Below are positions 1-8,625 of a DNA stretch of 64,000 bases, one piece after another. Position 1 is the stretch's first letter, and every line of letters begins with the position of its first letter. The notes beneath the pieces were generated by a model that had not been told where the DNA came from, ran no database searches, and worked only from the letters and a program-made list of their open reading frames with translations. Source of the stretch: a virus; IMG/VR virus record IMGVR_UViG_3300020170_000012, positions 3,783-67,782 of that record; one strand, given 5' to 3'. Position numbers and translations under genes: made by a program.

Positions 1-158
1 CAAGCCAGGGGACATTCAAACCGACAACGACTCAGCTAGGCGGTACCTTCGGAGTCGCTCCGCTTGACTGGGTGACACTCACCGGGTTGTGCCAGCAAGG
101 CTACCAAGCGATGGCGACCGTCGGCTCGTCGCAGCCGTTCACGGTACTGGACCAGTAA
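1..158 (+). CDS. 3' end of a virion/tail gene (partial)
   Basis: Frame from nt 3 is open (SQGTFKPTTTQLGGTFGVAPLDW...FTVLDQ) to TAA at 156-158, 4 nt before the next ATG. Confidence 0.55.
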   Translation, partial: SQGTFKPTTTQLGGTFGVAPLDWVTLTGLCQQGYQAMATVGSSQPFTVLDQ

Positions 159-162
159 GGCC

Positions 163-1254
163 ATGTCCCTTACCGGCAGCGCGATGGATCACCCAAACCG
201 CGTCGGTGTCACGGCGCCGCCGGGCGACAGCAGTTCAAGGCTCGCGACGACGGCATTCATCCAGACTGCAATTGCCGGAATCAACATTGGTTCCTTGGTG
301 CCGAGCGGAATCCGTGCGCCGGGGACAGGTGCTTATGCCCTGGTAGAGTCCGACTTTCTTTCGACGATAACGTCAGGAAGCGCCGGGGGCGTACTCACTA
401 TCACGGTTCCAAATACCATCTCTCCGGGGTTCATGTTTTGGGCTTTTCGTAATACAAATGATATTGTCGTACAGGTTTCAGGTGGCAATATCGCATGGCC
501 TGACGGGAACTTCACCAGCAACTTCACCATCTCTAAACAGTTCAAATTGGTCGGGTTCGTTTTCGATTCCGCCAATCTCTATGTCATCAGCGGTCAAATT
601 CCGCAGACAAAAATTCAGGTCTTCAACGCGAGCGGCACCTACACGCCGACCGTTGGAATGCAGACCGCCATCATCGAGGCTGTTGGTGGAGGTGGTGCTG
701 GGGGTGGCGTGGTCGGTGCAGCATCGCGCTTCGTCGGTGGTGGTGGGGGCGGCGCCGGATCATGGTCCAAGGCCAGTGTCACCGCGGCGCAGATCGGTGC
801 TTCCCAGGTTGTCACCATTGGTCCGGGCGGCACCGGGTCGTCTGGAGCGGCTGGTGGCAACGGGACGGATACCAGCGTCGGATCGCTCTGCATCGGCAAA
901 GGCGGAACTGGTGGCGGGTTTAACAACGCCTCCACGAATTTTGGCGCTCCTGGCGCGGGTGGCGTTGCTGGAACTGGTGATCACACTACCGTCGGTAATC
1001 CCGGCGGTCAGGGGGAGACAACCGCCCTGGCTAGTATAACGGCGGGCTCATTGAGCGGTTACGGCGGTCAATCCTTGTTTGGGGGAGCTGCGGCTGCCAC
1101 TTTGAACGGCGGTGGGACATCGGCGGGGAATGCCGCTGCGGCGAATTCAGGTTCCGGAGGCAGCGGAGCAACGTCAGGTAACACAGCCAGTAACGCAGCG
1201 GGTGGTAACGGTGGTTCTGGCAAGGTGGTGATTACTGAGTACATATTCACATAG
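163..1254 (+). CDS. Glycine-rich tail fibre/tail-associated protein
   Basis: N-terminal TAPPGDSSSRLATTAFI tail-fibre motif; C-terminal FNASGTYTP...VGGGGAGGG...GGNGGSGKVVITEY Gly-rich domain typical of phage tail proteins. Confidence 0.8.
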   Translation: MSLTGSAMDHPNRVGVTAPPGDSSSRLATTAFIQTAIAGINIGSLVPSGIRAPGTGAYALVESDFLSTITSGSAGGVLTITVPNTISPGFMFWAFRNTNDIVVQVSGGNIAWPDGNFTSNFTISKQFKLVGFVFDSANLYVISGQIPQTKIQVFNASGTYTPTVGMQTAIIEAVGGGGAGGGVVGAASRFVGGGGGGAGSWSKASVTAAQIGASQVVTIGPGGTGSSGAAGGNGTDTSVGSLCIGKGGTGGGFNNASTNFGAPGAGGVAGTGDHTTVGNPGGQGETTALASITAGSLSGYGGQSLFGGAAAATLNGGGTSAGNAAAANSGSGGSGATSGNTASNAAGGNGGSGKVVITEYIFT

Positions 1255-1263
1255 GAGGTACCC

Positions 1264-1941
1264 ATGCCCCTTGCGCACGGAAAATCTCGCGCCGTCGTCA
1301 GTGGAAACATCCATGAAATGATGGCATCGGGTCACCCGCAAAAACAGGCTGTGGCTGCGGCGCTCAGCACCGCCCGCCGGTCCAACCAGGAGCGCAAGCC
1401 GGCGCAGTCCGGACGCGCGCTGCCGCTTCAGGGGTCGCCGGGAGAAGGAGCACAAGACAATGTTTATGCTGGGCCGCTGCATAGCCATGTTCCTGGACGG
1501 ACTGACAAGATCAATCTCAACGTCAAGCCGGGGTCGTATGTTGTCCCGGCCGACGTTGTCTCCATCCTGGGAGAAGGAAACACGCTTGCCGGAACTGTGG
1601 TCCTGCGTGCCATGTTTGGACAAAGTGGTCTCACCGGGAAAGTCAAGCCGCCGGAAGGCCGCCCGAACCTGATGGAGCGCCGCATGGAGCGTCGCGAGAT
1701 GCTGCCGCCGCACATGGCCGGGGTCACCAGCGGCTATGCCGAGGGTGGTGACGCTGATCCCAGAACACAGGGTGCGGCTCCCGTCGTGGTGGCCGGCGGC
1801 GAGCACATCATCGATCCGGAGTTCATCAAGGCCAAGTACGGCGATCTCGCGCATGGGCACAAGTCGCTCGACCAGTTCGTGCTCGCTGCCCGCGCCTACG
1901 AAATCAAGAGGTTGAAGAATGCCCCTCCACCAAAGAAATAA
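1264..1941 (+). CDS. Putative virion protein
   Basis: AGGAGG RBS; SGNIHEMMASGHPQKQAVAAAL N-terminus; PGRTDKI...GSYVVPADVVS motif seen in phage virion proteins; YAEGG motif. Confidence 0.7.
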   Translation: MPLAHGKSRAVVSGNIHEMMASGHPQKQAVAAALSTARRSNQERKPAQSGRALPLQGSPGEGAQDNVYAGPLHSHVPGRTDKINLNVKPGSYVVPADVVSILGEGNTLAGTVVLRAMFGQSGLTGKVKPPEGRPNLMERRMERREMLPPHMAGVTSGYAEGGDADPRTQGAAPVVVAGGEHIIDPEFIKAKYGDLAHGHKSLDQFVLAARAYEIKRLKNAPPPKK

Positions 1942-2500
1942 CGTCATCCCGCTCAATGCCAACCCGGTGCGGTTCGCTGAACCAATCGACGAGATGGAGA
2001 TCAGGATGCTCCTTCTCCTCGGTCACGCCGAGAACTCGATCTTCAAGTGGGACCTGGGAAAGTCGGAATTCATCATCAGGCGTCTGCTGTTCACGCCATG
2101 GCTGCCGAAGGAGGATACCGGCTTGCGCGGATGCTTTGGCGTGATCGGGCCGCGGGGCGGCACCCTTCAGGGCTTGGCGATGCTCGCGGTGTCGACGCAG
2201 TGGTACACGCAGCAATGCATGCTGGAGGAGTTCATCGTCTACGTCCACCCGGACTTCCGCCGGCACAACCACGCTGCAAATTTGCTCGACTGGATGATCG
2301 CGAGAAGCGACCAGCTCGGAATCCCGCTTCTGACCGGCGTCATCTCGATGGACCGCATGGAGGCGAAGTGCCGGCTCTACAAGCGCAAGCTCACGCCGGT
2401 CGGCCAGTTTTTCATGCACATGCCGAAGAACACTGACTGGGAATCCACGCTTGAGCAGAAGCGGATGCGGCTCTCCGTGATATCATCGTCGGCGGCTTAG
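1919..2500 (+). CDS. GNAT-fold protein of the virion module
   Basis: YVHPDFRRHNHAANLL acetyl-CoA-binding-like motif; position resembles the GNAT-like genes that precede ejection genes in podophages. Confidence 0.75.
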   Translation: MPLHQRNNVIPLNANPVRFAEPIDEMEIRMLLLLGHAENSIFKWDLGKSEFIIRRLLFTPWLPKEDTGLRGCFGVIGPRGGTLQGLAMLAVSTQWYTQQCMLEEFIVYVHPDFRRHNHAANLLDWMIARSDQLGIPLLTGVISMDRMEAKCRLYKRKLTPVGQFFMHMPKNTDWESTLEQKRMRLSVISSSAA

Positions 2501-2766
2501 AGTCTTCCGTTATTTTGTCCGTTGGCAATTTCTTTGCCGGCCTCGACGCCAACGTCGTGAACTTTCTGCACCACTTCGGCATTGACCGCTGTGGCTGCCA
2601 CCTTCACTTCCGCCACCGCCGTCGCCGCCTTATCGATTTTCCTGTCGACCTTGTCGATCTTCCTTCGATTCAGCATTGAATTGATCGCAGTGAGGATCAC
2701 TCCGATCGCTGTGACTATCTGTGTTACGTTATTGAAAGTGTTCGGCGATACTTCCGGGATATCCAT
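2497..2766 (-). CDS. Small membrane protein, holin-like
   Basis: One hydrophobic segment (IVTAIGVILTAINSML) followed by a basic coiled tail. Confidence 0.5.
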   Translation of the reverse strand: MDIPEVSPNTFNNVTQIVTAIGVILTAINSMLNRRKIDKVDRKIDKAATAVAEVKVAATAVNAEVVQKVHDVGVEAGKEIANGQNNGRL

Positions 2767-2776
2767 TTCACTACCC

Positions 2777-2804
2777 AAAAAAATGGCGGCTGTTCGTTGC
2801 CGCC
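2777..2804 (-). terminator. Intrinsic terminator downstream of the omp gene
   Basis: Minus strand GGCGGC-AACGAACA-GCCGCC-A-T7. Confidence 0.7.
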
Positions 2805-2871
2805 GAACGCTGGCACTAATTTTCTCCAGGCGCCACCGCAGTTGAGGATTGCGGCTCCTACCCCCAGCAGA

Positions 2872-3615
2872 TCAGAACTTGTAGCTAATGCCCGCGCGAG
2901 CGACGCCGATGTTGTGCTTGACGTCGGCGCCAATTGGGATGACCCCTGTGCATTCGCTGGTGCAAACCACTCCGGTCGTAGCCGCGTGAAGATCGCCAAG
3001 GAAATAGTGGAGATACTCGACGCGCAATCCCCAGTTCGGGGTCAGCGCGTATTCGAGGCCAGCACCAGCCACCGCGCCATTGAGTGTCGGATTGGTCGAG
3101 AACTGCGAACCGTCGGTCCCGGTGACGGTGAATTCGGTCCCTGACCAGCCCCAGCCGGCCGTACCGAAGGCCATGAGGTTGGGTGCTAGGATGACACCAA
3201 ACCGGCCGCGCAGCGACGCCAGCCATCGGCTTTTCGAGTTGATGTTGCCGATGAAGCCTGGGTTCTGAACGGTGCCGTCCATCGTAGCAATGTCGCCATC
3301 GCCCTCAATGCCGAGATAGAAATTGCCGCCGAAACGAGAGCCAAGGCCGGCATGCAGACCACCGACAGCGCCGAACGGAGCAGTGTCGAAGCCCATGGTG
3401 CCAAATGGGTCGGAGGCTGTGCCGGCACCGCGATCCCAGCCGACGCCGCCGTGGGCGCCGATGTAGAAGCCATCCCAATAGCTCATGTAGACTTCGGCGG
3501 GCGCCTTGGTCACAAGCGGCCGTACCGGCATATCGGCGCCGTGGGCAATCCCGAGCTGCGACCACAGAAAACCGCCGACGGCGGCAATAACCGTGGCGTA
3601 CATGACTTTTTTCAT
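2872..3615 (-). CDS. Omp25/RopB-family outer-membrane beta-barrel protein
   Basis: Signal peptide, ADMP...KAP, WDGFYIGAHGG, SLRGRFG, GAGLEYALTPNWGLRVEYLH, C-terminal GISYKF. Confidence 0.92.
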   Translation of the reverse strand: MKKVMYATVIAAVGGFLWSQLGIAHGADMPVRPLVTKAPAEVYMSYWDGFYIGAHGGVGWDRGAGTASDPFGTMGFDTAPFGAVGGLHAGLGSRFGGNFYLGIEGDGDIATMDGTVQNPGFIGNINSKSRWLASLRGRFGVILAPNLMAFGTAGWGWSGTEFTVTGTDGSQFSTNPTLNGAVAGAGLEYALTPNWGLRVEYLHYFLGDLHAATTGVVCTSECTGVIPIGADVKHNIGVARAGISYKF

Positions 3616-3661
3616 CCAATCCTCCTTTTCGTCATCTGAAAATCAGCATAGAGACTTGACC

Positions 3662-5431
3662 CTACGCGGCAACCCCGCGGCGAGATTTTGTCAGCCGTAG
3701 TGCTTTCCGGGACACACTGCCTTTGATCTTGCCGCCTTTGCGGTGGCCGTACATCTCGTGACTCTTTTTGAGCATATGTTCAACAGCTTCGTGCTTTTCG
3801 TGCTCTTTCTCCTCGGCCCCCTTTTTCATCTCTTCCGGAGCATGGGCGGGATCGCGCGCCAGCTCTCCGCGTTCGAGCATCCTGATCATTTTTTCGCCAG
3901 CACCGAGGAGCTTTGCCAGCTTGGCGAGCGGCAGGTTCCACAAGACGCTCTCGCTGATGTCGTGCATTTTATGCGCATGCTCGTGCTCGCGTTCGATGTC
4001 GCTCGTGCCGTAGCCACCTGAGAACCATGCCTGATTCGGATAGGACTGATTATTGACCGGCGGGCGCACATTGCCGGCGCCGATCTGACCGGCGAACTCG
4101 AACGGATTCTCTGGCGGCGTCGCCATGCGGGCCACATTCCGCGCGGCGGGCGAGGCAGCTTGGCTCGGCGAGATGAAGGGGTTGATCTGCTGTTGCTTGT
4201 AATCGACCTGCTGTTCGAATGGCAGGCGGCTTGTGACATCGGGAGATGGCGGCGGCGTGCCACCGTCCTGGCGGCGCGCCACCCGTAGCGCGCGCCCAGC
4301 CTTACCGCCGCGGCGAAGGTGAAAGCCGCCAGCTACGCCTGGCCCCCCCACGGTGGGAGCGGCTTGGGTTATGCTGCCGACCGCTCCGGGCGCGCCGAAG
4401 CCGCCAGCGACCCCCGGCCCGGCCGCAGGAGGCGGCGCGGCAGCTGGCGGTGGGGTGACAGCGGGTGGCGGCGCTGTGGTGTTACCGCCGGTTAGGTTGT
4501 TGCCGAATCCACCTAAGCCCCGCAGGAATCCTGAAGAACCTCCCGCGCGAGTGAGCATGTTCATGAGGTTGGACATGCCTTGAGGTTGAGCGCCGGTGGG
4601 TGCAGCCCCCATAGCTGACGCGGCCGGAGGCCGAGCGGCTGCAAGGGCTGAGGTTATGGTGGGAGGCAACACACCACCGCTGCCGGTCCCGCCACCGGCA
4701 CCCCCCGAACCGCCGACCCCTGTGCTATCGCCGCCACCGCCACCTCCCGTTTGGCCGCCAGTCTGCCCGCCAGTCTGCCCGCCGGTTTGGCCTCCCGTTT
4801 GGCCGCCAGTCTGCCCGCCGCCACCAAGGTCTCCGGTTATCGCTCCAAGTCCGAGCCCGGCGCCGGAATTGACTGAATCCGCCATCCAGCCGGCAGCCTG
4901 CTCCGGGGATGCTGGATTCGCTTCGGACACGAAAGAACCTGCGTTGGGATCGCTTATCCCCAATGCCCCAGCCCATCCCGGTGTCGAATTAAAAGCGTCG
5001 AATACAGAGTTAAAATTCGGGGCATTAAAAGATTCCGGACTCAACCCTGAAGTTGGCCCGGTATAGCTGAAACCACCCATAGCATCGGCAGGGCCAAAAC
5101 CACCCTCGGTACCAGGACCACCCTGACCAGGGCTACCTCCTTCGTCGCCGGGGCCTGGACCACCACCTCCTTCCTCACCTTCACCGCCGCCACCCTCGCC
5201 GCCACCTTCTCCAGCACTGCCGCCGCCCTCACCCTCGGTGCCGCCGCTATCGCCGCTTATGCCCCCCTCCCCACCGCTCTCACCACTGCTACCACCGTCT
5301 TCACCGCCGTCCCCACCATCCCCACCGTCACCGCCGTCCCCACCATCCCCACCGTCCTGGAGGTAGCGTTTCTTGCCGCCTTTCTTGTAGCGGCGAGCGA
5401 CGTTCAGAGCCCGCGCCAGTTTTGCGCTCAT
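3662..5431 (-). CDS. Low-complexity Gly/acidic/Pro-rich putative internal virion protein
   Basis: Start moved to the ATG at 5431 (ATGA overlap with the upstream stop). DGG and GGQT repeats, several xxGG motifs, basic termini. Confidence 0.7.
   Translation of the reverse strand: MSAKLARALNVARRYKKGGKKRYLQDGGDGGDGGDGGDGGDGGEDGGSSGESGGEGGISGDSGGTEGEGGGSAGEGGGEGGGGEGEEGGGGPGPGDEGGSPGQGGPGTEGGFGPADAMGGFSYTGPTSGLSPESFNAPNFNSVFDAFNSTPGWAGALGISDPNAGSFVSEANPASPEQAAGWMADSVNSGAGLGLGAITGDLGGGGQTGGQTGGQTGGQTGGQTGGQTGGGGGGDSTGVGGSGGAGGGTGSGGVLPPTITSALAAARPPAASAMGAAPTGAQPQGMSNLMNMLTRAGGSSGFLRGLGGFGNNLTGGNTTAPPPAVTPPPAAAPPPAAGPGVAGGFGAPGAVGSITQAAPTVGGPGVAGGFHLRRGGKAGRALRVARRQDGGTPPPSPDVTSRLPFEQQVDYKQQQINPFISPSQAASPAARNVARMATPPENPFEFAGQIGAGNVRPPVNNQSYPNQAWFSGGYGTSDIEREHEHAHKMHDISESVLWNLPLAKLAKLLGAGEKMIRMLERGELARDPAHAPEEMKKGAEEKEHEKHEAVEHMLKKSHEMYGHRKGGKIKGSVSRKALRLTKSRRGVAA
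4748..4819 (-). repeat. Six 12-bp coding tandem repeats (GGQT x6)
   Basis: GGN GGN CAR ACN repeated six times with synonymous variation. Confidence 0.9.
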
Positions 5432-8400
5432 GCTGCTCTCCTTGCGACGGCCAGCGCGCGACCAATCTTGCCGCCGCGCCGCCTGACCGGACGGCCGCCG
5501 GTGATCTGAAGCTCGCGTGTCACATCCTCGGTCTCCCACGGTGGATTCTCTTGCATGTACCGGCGCGCGGCTTCGTCACCTTCGCGGTCGCGAATCGAAT
5601 TGTACTTCTCCTCACGGCGCTCTGCGTTGCGCGCGATCACTTCCGAGACCGAGCGCCTGTAGCGCTGGTACTCTGTCGCTCCCCGCGCTGCCGCCAGATG
5701 CTCGGATGGAATTCCTGTGGGTTTCCTCACTCCTGGAGCTTTCGGGTCCGACAGCGGGTCTGATACCTTATGGCCGAACTTTTCCAGTTCCCCCTTGAAG
5801 AACTTCCAGAGCGGGTCATCGGGGGTGAGCCCTTTCATCCCCTTCTCGTACCACTCCTCGTCGCCACCTGGATGTTCCAGCATCCTTGATGGATGATCGA
5901 TCGCATGCTGGGTTTCGTGCCATATCGTATTGCGCATCGGATAACTAAGTTTGTTCTCCGGTCGCACCCAAAATGAACGGGAGTTCGGATCATACGAACC
6001 GAGAGTCGATTCTGGTTGGCCTTCGGGTTGCGCGATCGTCATCGGTAGCCGCTCCATGAACGGCGCCTCCCTATAAAGATGCGGCATATCGACGACGCCG
6101 GCCAGCGTCGACTTGATCGGTTGGCCTTTGTACTGCTCCGGTCCGATTCTCTGTCTCGTCGGTCCGGTCACTTCCTGGCGCCAATTGCCGGCGGCATCTT
6201 GAAAGATTCCGTATTGGTCCCAGACTTCCCTTGCGGTCTGGCCGAGTTTGAGCATCTTGGCGGCCCGCTCCGCAGCATAGGCGGGGGCCGGCAGGAACAT
6301 GCCCTTGAGCGCGCCGGCCGCCTTGCCTGCGGGAACGAGGCCGGAAGCGACGTCGCCAGCAAATCCGCCCATTTGCTCTACGGTCGTTGGTGGTCCCGAT
6401 GGTGGCCCGATTTTGCCGGCGGGAGCAAATGGGTTGGCGAGCGCGGCGTCGGCTTGCGGTGATGACGGAGTGTCCTGAAGATAGGAAGGCGTGAGCGCGT
6501 TCTTTAAGATGTCAGCGCGGTTCTCCCGCCGCTCCGGCCCTTGTGCTTCGAGCGCCTGCTTGAACAGCGGGTCGTCGAATGGCGTGCCCCCGCCTTCGGT
6601 TGGTGTATCGACGCCCTCGACATCACCGCCGTCTTGGAAACCTCGATACGACTGACCGATGTCGTAGCGGCCCATGTCCTGTTCCAAAGAGCCTCTCGGC
6701 TGTTTAGGTCTTGTCGCAAAAGAATCGCTGACGCTGTCCGACGGAATCCAATAAGGGTCGGTCCGATCTTCGATCTTGCCGGGTTCCTGTGAACCGCGAG
6801 AGTAGAGCCTGTCCCTGAACGTCAGCCTCGGCACCGGCATGTCCGCGCTGCTGCCGTCGGCCGCACCACCTTCGGCAAATGGCTGTTGCTGCGGCTGCGG
6901 CGTTACCGGGCCGACGAATGGCGAGAAGTCTTGTCTGGTCCGGCCTATGACGCCGGGGGTCTTGGGGATGTTCCCCGTCGGCGCATGGCGGATGATGTTG
7001 CTGACGCCTTCCCCTGTTCGCTCCAGCGGTTTGTTGACATGCCGACTGATCAGCTCGGCGCCGACGGGAGCGACCAGCCCCATAGGTCCGGAGAAGTGAT
7101 GGAGCAGGAAGTCGGTAATCAGGCCAGTCGCCGAATGCGGCGAGAACCACTTGGTGTAGCGGTTGACCGAATCCAGAAAACCTTTCTTCAGCGAATCCCG
7201 CATCAGCTCGATGGCTTCCGGAGGATACTGCCAATGGAGCTTGGGGTTGTTGACGATGCGCTGGATTTCCTGGCGGCGCTTGGTCTCCGGGTTCGTTGCG
7301 TTGTCGATGCGGTCCTGGACAGCATCCCATGCCTTCATCGCCTTGCTGGCGTGCCAATAGGAACGCGCCTGTTCGGCCTTTTGTGAAAGCTGTGCGGCAA
7401 CGTTGGGATCGAGGCCAGCACGCTCCTGCTTTTGAGCATCACCGATCCACGCATCGAGCCCGTTGATCGCCTCCCTCGCTAGACGCCTGACGTTCGGCTC
7501 GTTGGCCGACAAGTAGCCGTTGAGCATCTTGCGAACATTGTCGACGTGGCTGAAGTCGATCGTCTTGCCGGGCTCGGCCGGTTGGTTTAATTCGTCGACG
7601 ACATCAAAGACGCCTTTGCCGAGCATGTCATGCCGCGGATTGCCGCCGGCATCGATAAGCGATTTTTTGATATCCTTCTGGACTTTTTGCAGCTCGGCTG
7701 GGTTGGTGTAGTCGGTCTTCAACCCATCGATCTCGTTGTAATGATCGTTGGCGACATGCTCCAGGTCGGTCGCGGTGAAACTGCCCTGCTTTTTCGCAAG
7801 CGCCTGGGCGGCTGTGTCGCCTTTGCCAAAGGCTTTGCCGACAGCCTTGGCGCCGGCTATCGGCAGTGCGCTACCAACGGCACCTTCGACGTAGGATTGA
7901 CCGGCGCCCTGAAGGGCAGGCTCGTCGTGGGCGACGTTCTCGGTCGCCTGATGGGCGACGGCGAGCCCAGGCTGCACCCCGAAAATCTGAAAGGCGGCGT
8001 TCTTGAGCGGCCCCTCGAAGAACTTTGCGGGGAACAGCGCCCAGGCGGCGCCGGAGAAGGCGCCGGAAGTGGCGGCGCTCTTGAGCGCACGCGTCCAAGC
8101 GCCGTCAGGATCGCCGGGGTTGGCCTCCAGCTCGCGCTGGAACACCGGACCGAGTGTCTGGAGAGCCGAGCCCGCCGCGGCTCCTAGCGCCCCGCTGCCG
8201 AGGCCAACGAGGGGGTTGCCGGTTGCTGCTGTGCCTACGGCGCCAGCACCAACCCCGCCTGCGATCGTCGGCGAGCCTTCGCCTATGCGATAGGCGAATT
8301 TCGAGAGACCGGAGCCTGGATGGGTGATGTCGGACAGAGCGAACGGCCTAGCGGCGGGATGCGTCTCGCTCGTAGATGGATGCTGGCCGAACGTCTGTCC

Positions 8401-8625
8401 GACCTGTCCAATGCCACTGCGCACCCCCGCGGTCAAGGCGCCAGGGATGTCGGAAAAGCCAAGGTCTTTTTCTGATGCACCCTCTCGACCCTCCCCCGCG
8501 GAGGAGGGTCGAGGGGTTGCATCTGGTGCGGTCAACCAGTTGTCGCCGCTGGGCGGCGGGGACATAACCTCCCCGGGTCCCGCAAGTTTTGTCCCGGCGT
8601 CTGGTGCATTTAACCAGTCGGTCAT
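5428..8625 (-). CDS. Large internal virion/ejection protein with LPD23-like and zincin-like (HExxH) regions
   Basis: 1065 aa; AAKMLKLGQTAREVWDQYGIFQDAAGNWRQEV resembles LPD23; HETQHAID metallopeptidase-like motif. Confidence 0.75.
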   Translation of the reverse strand: MTDWLNAPDAGTKLAGPGEVMSPPPSGDNWLTAPDATPRPSSAGEGREGASEKDLGFSDIPGALTAGVRSGIGQVGQTFGQHPSTSETHPAARPFALSDITHPGSGLSKFAYRIGEGSPTIAGGVGAGAVGTAATGNPLVGLGSGALGAAAGSALQTLGPVFQRELEANPGDPDGAWTRALKSAATSGAFSGAAWALFPAKFFEGPLKNAAFQIFGVQPGLAVAHQATENVAHDEPALQGAGQSYVEGAVGSALPIAGAKAVGKAFGKGDTAAQALAKKQGSFTATDLEHVANDHYNEIDGLKTDYTNPAELQKVQKDIKKSLIDAGGNPRHDMLGKGVFDVVDELNQPAEPGKTIDFSHVDNVRKMLNGYLSANEPNVRRLAREAINGLDAWIGDAQKQERAGLDPNVAAQLSQKAEQARSYWHASKAMKAWDAVQDRIDNATNPETKRRQEIQRIVNNPKLHWQYPPEAIELMRDSLKKGFLDSVNRYTKWFSPHSATGLITDFLLHHFSGPMGLVAPVGAELISRHVNKPLERTGEGVSNIIRHAPTGNIPKTPGVIGRTRQDFSPFVGPVTPQPQQQPFAEGGAADGSSADMPVPRLTFRDRLYSRGSQEPGKIEDRTDPYWIPSDSVSDSFATRPKQPRGSLEQDMGRYDIGQSYRGFQDGGDVEGVDTPTEGGGTPFDDPLFKQALEAQGPERRENRADILKNALTPSYLQDTPSSPQADAALANPFAPAGKIGPPSGPPTTVEQMGGFAGDVASGLVPAGKAAGALKGMFLPAPAYAAERAAKMLKLGQTAREVWDQYGIFQDAAGNWRQEVTGPTRQRIGPEQYKGQPIKSTLAGVVDMPHLYREAPFMERLPMTIAQPEGQPESTLGSYDPNSRSFWVRPENKLSYPMRNTIWHETQHAIDHPSRMLEHPGGDEEWYEKGMKGLTPDDPLWKFFKGELEKFGHKVSDPLSDPKAPGVRKPTGIPSEHLAAARGATEYQRYRRSVSEVIARNAERREEKYNSIRDREGDEAARRYMQENPPWETEDVTRELQITGGRPVRRRGGKIGRALAVARRAA

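Noticed and set aside
5432-5539. N-terminal extensions in the ORF track (also 19349, 28254, 36564, 38763, 43114)
   Set aside because: Downstream starts have better RBS or stop-start coupling; the extensions overlap neighbours or promoters.
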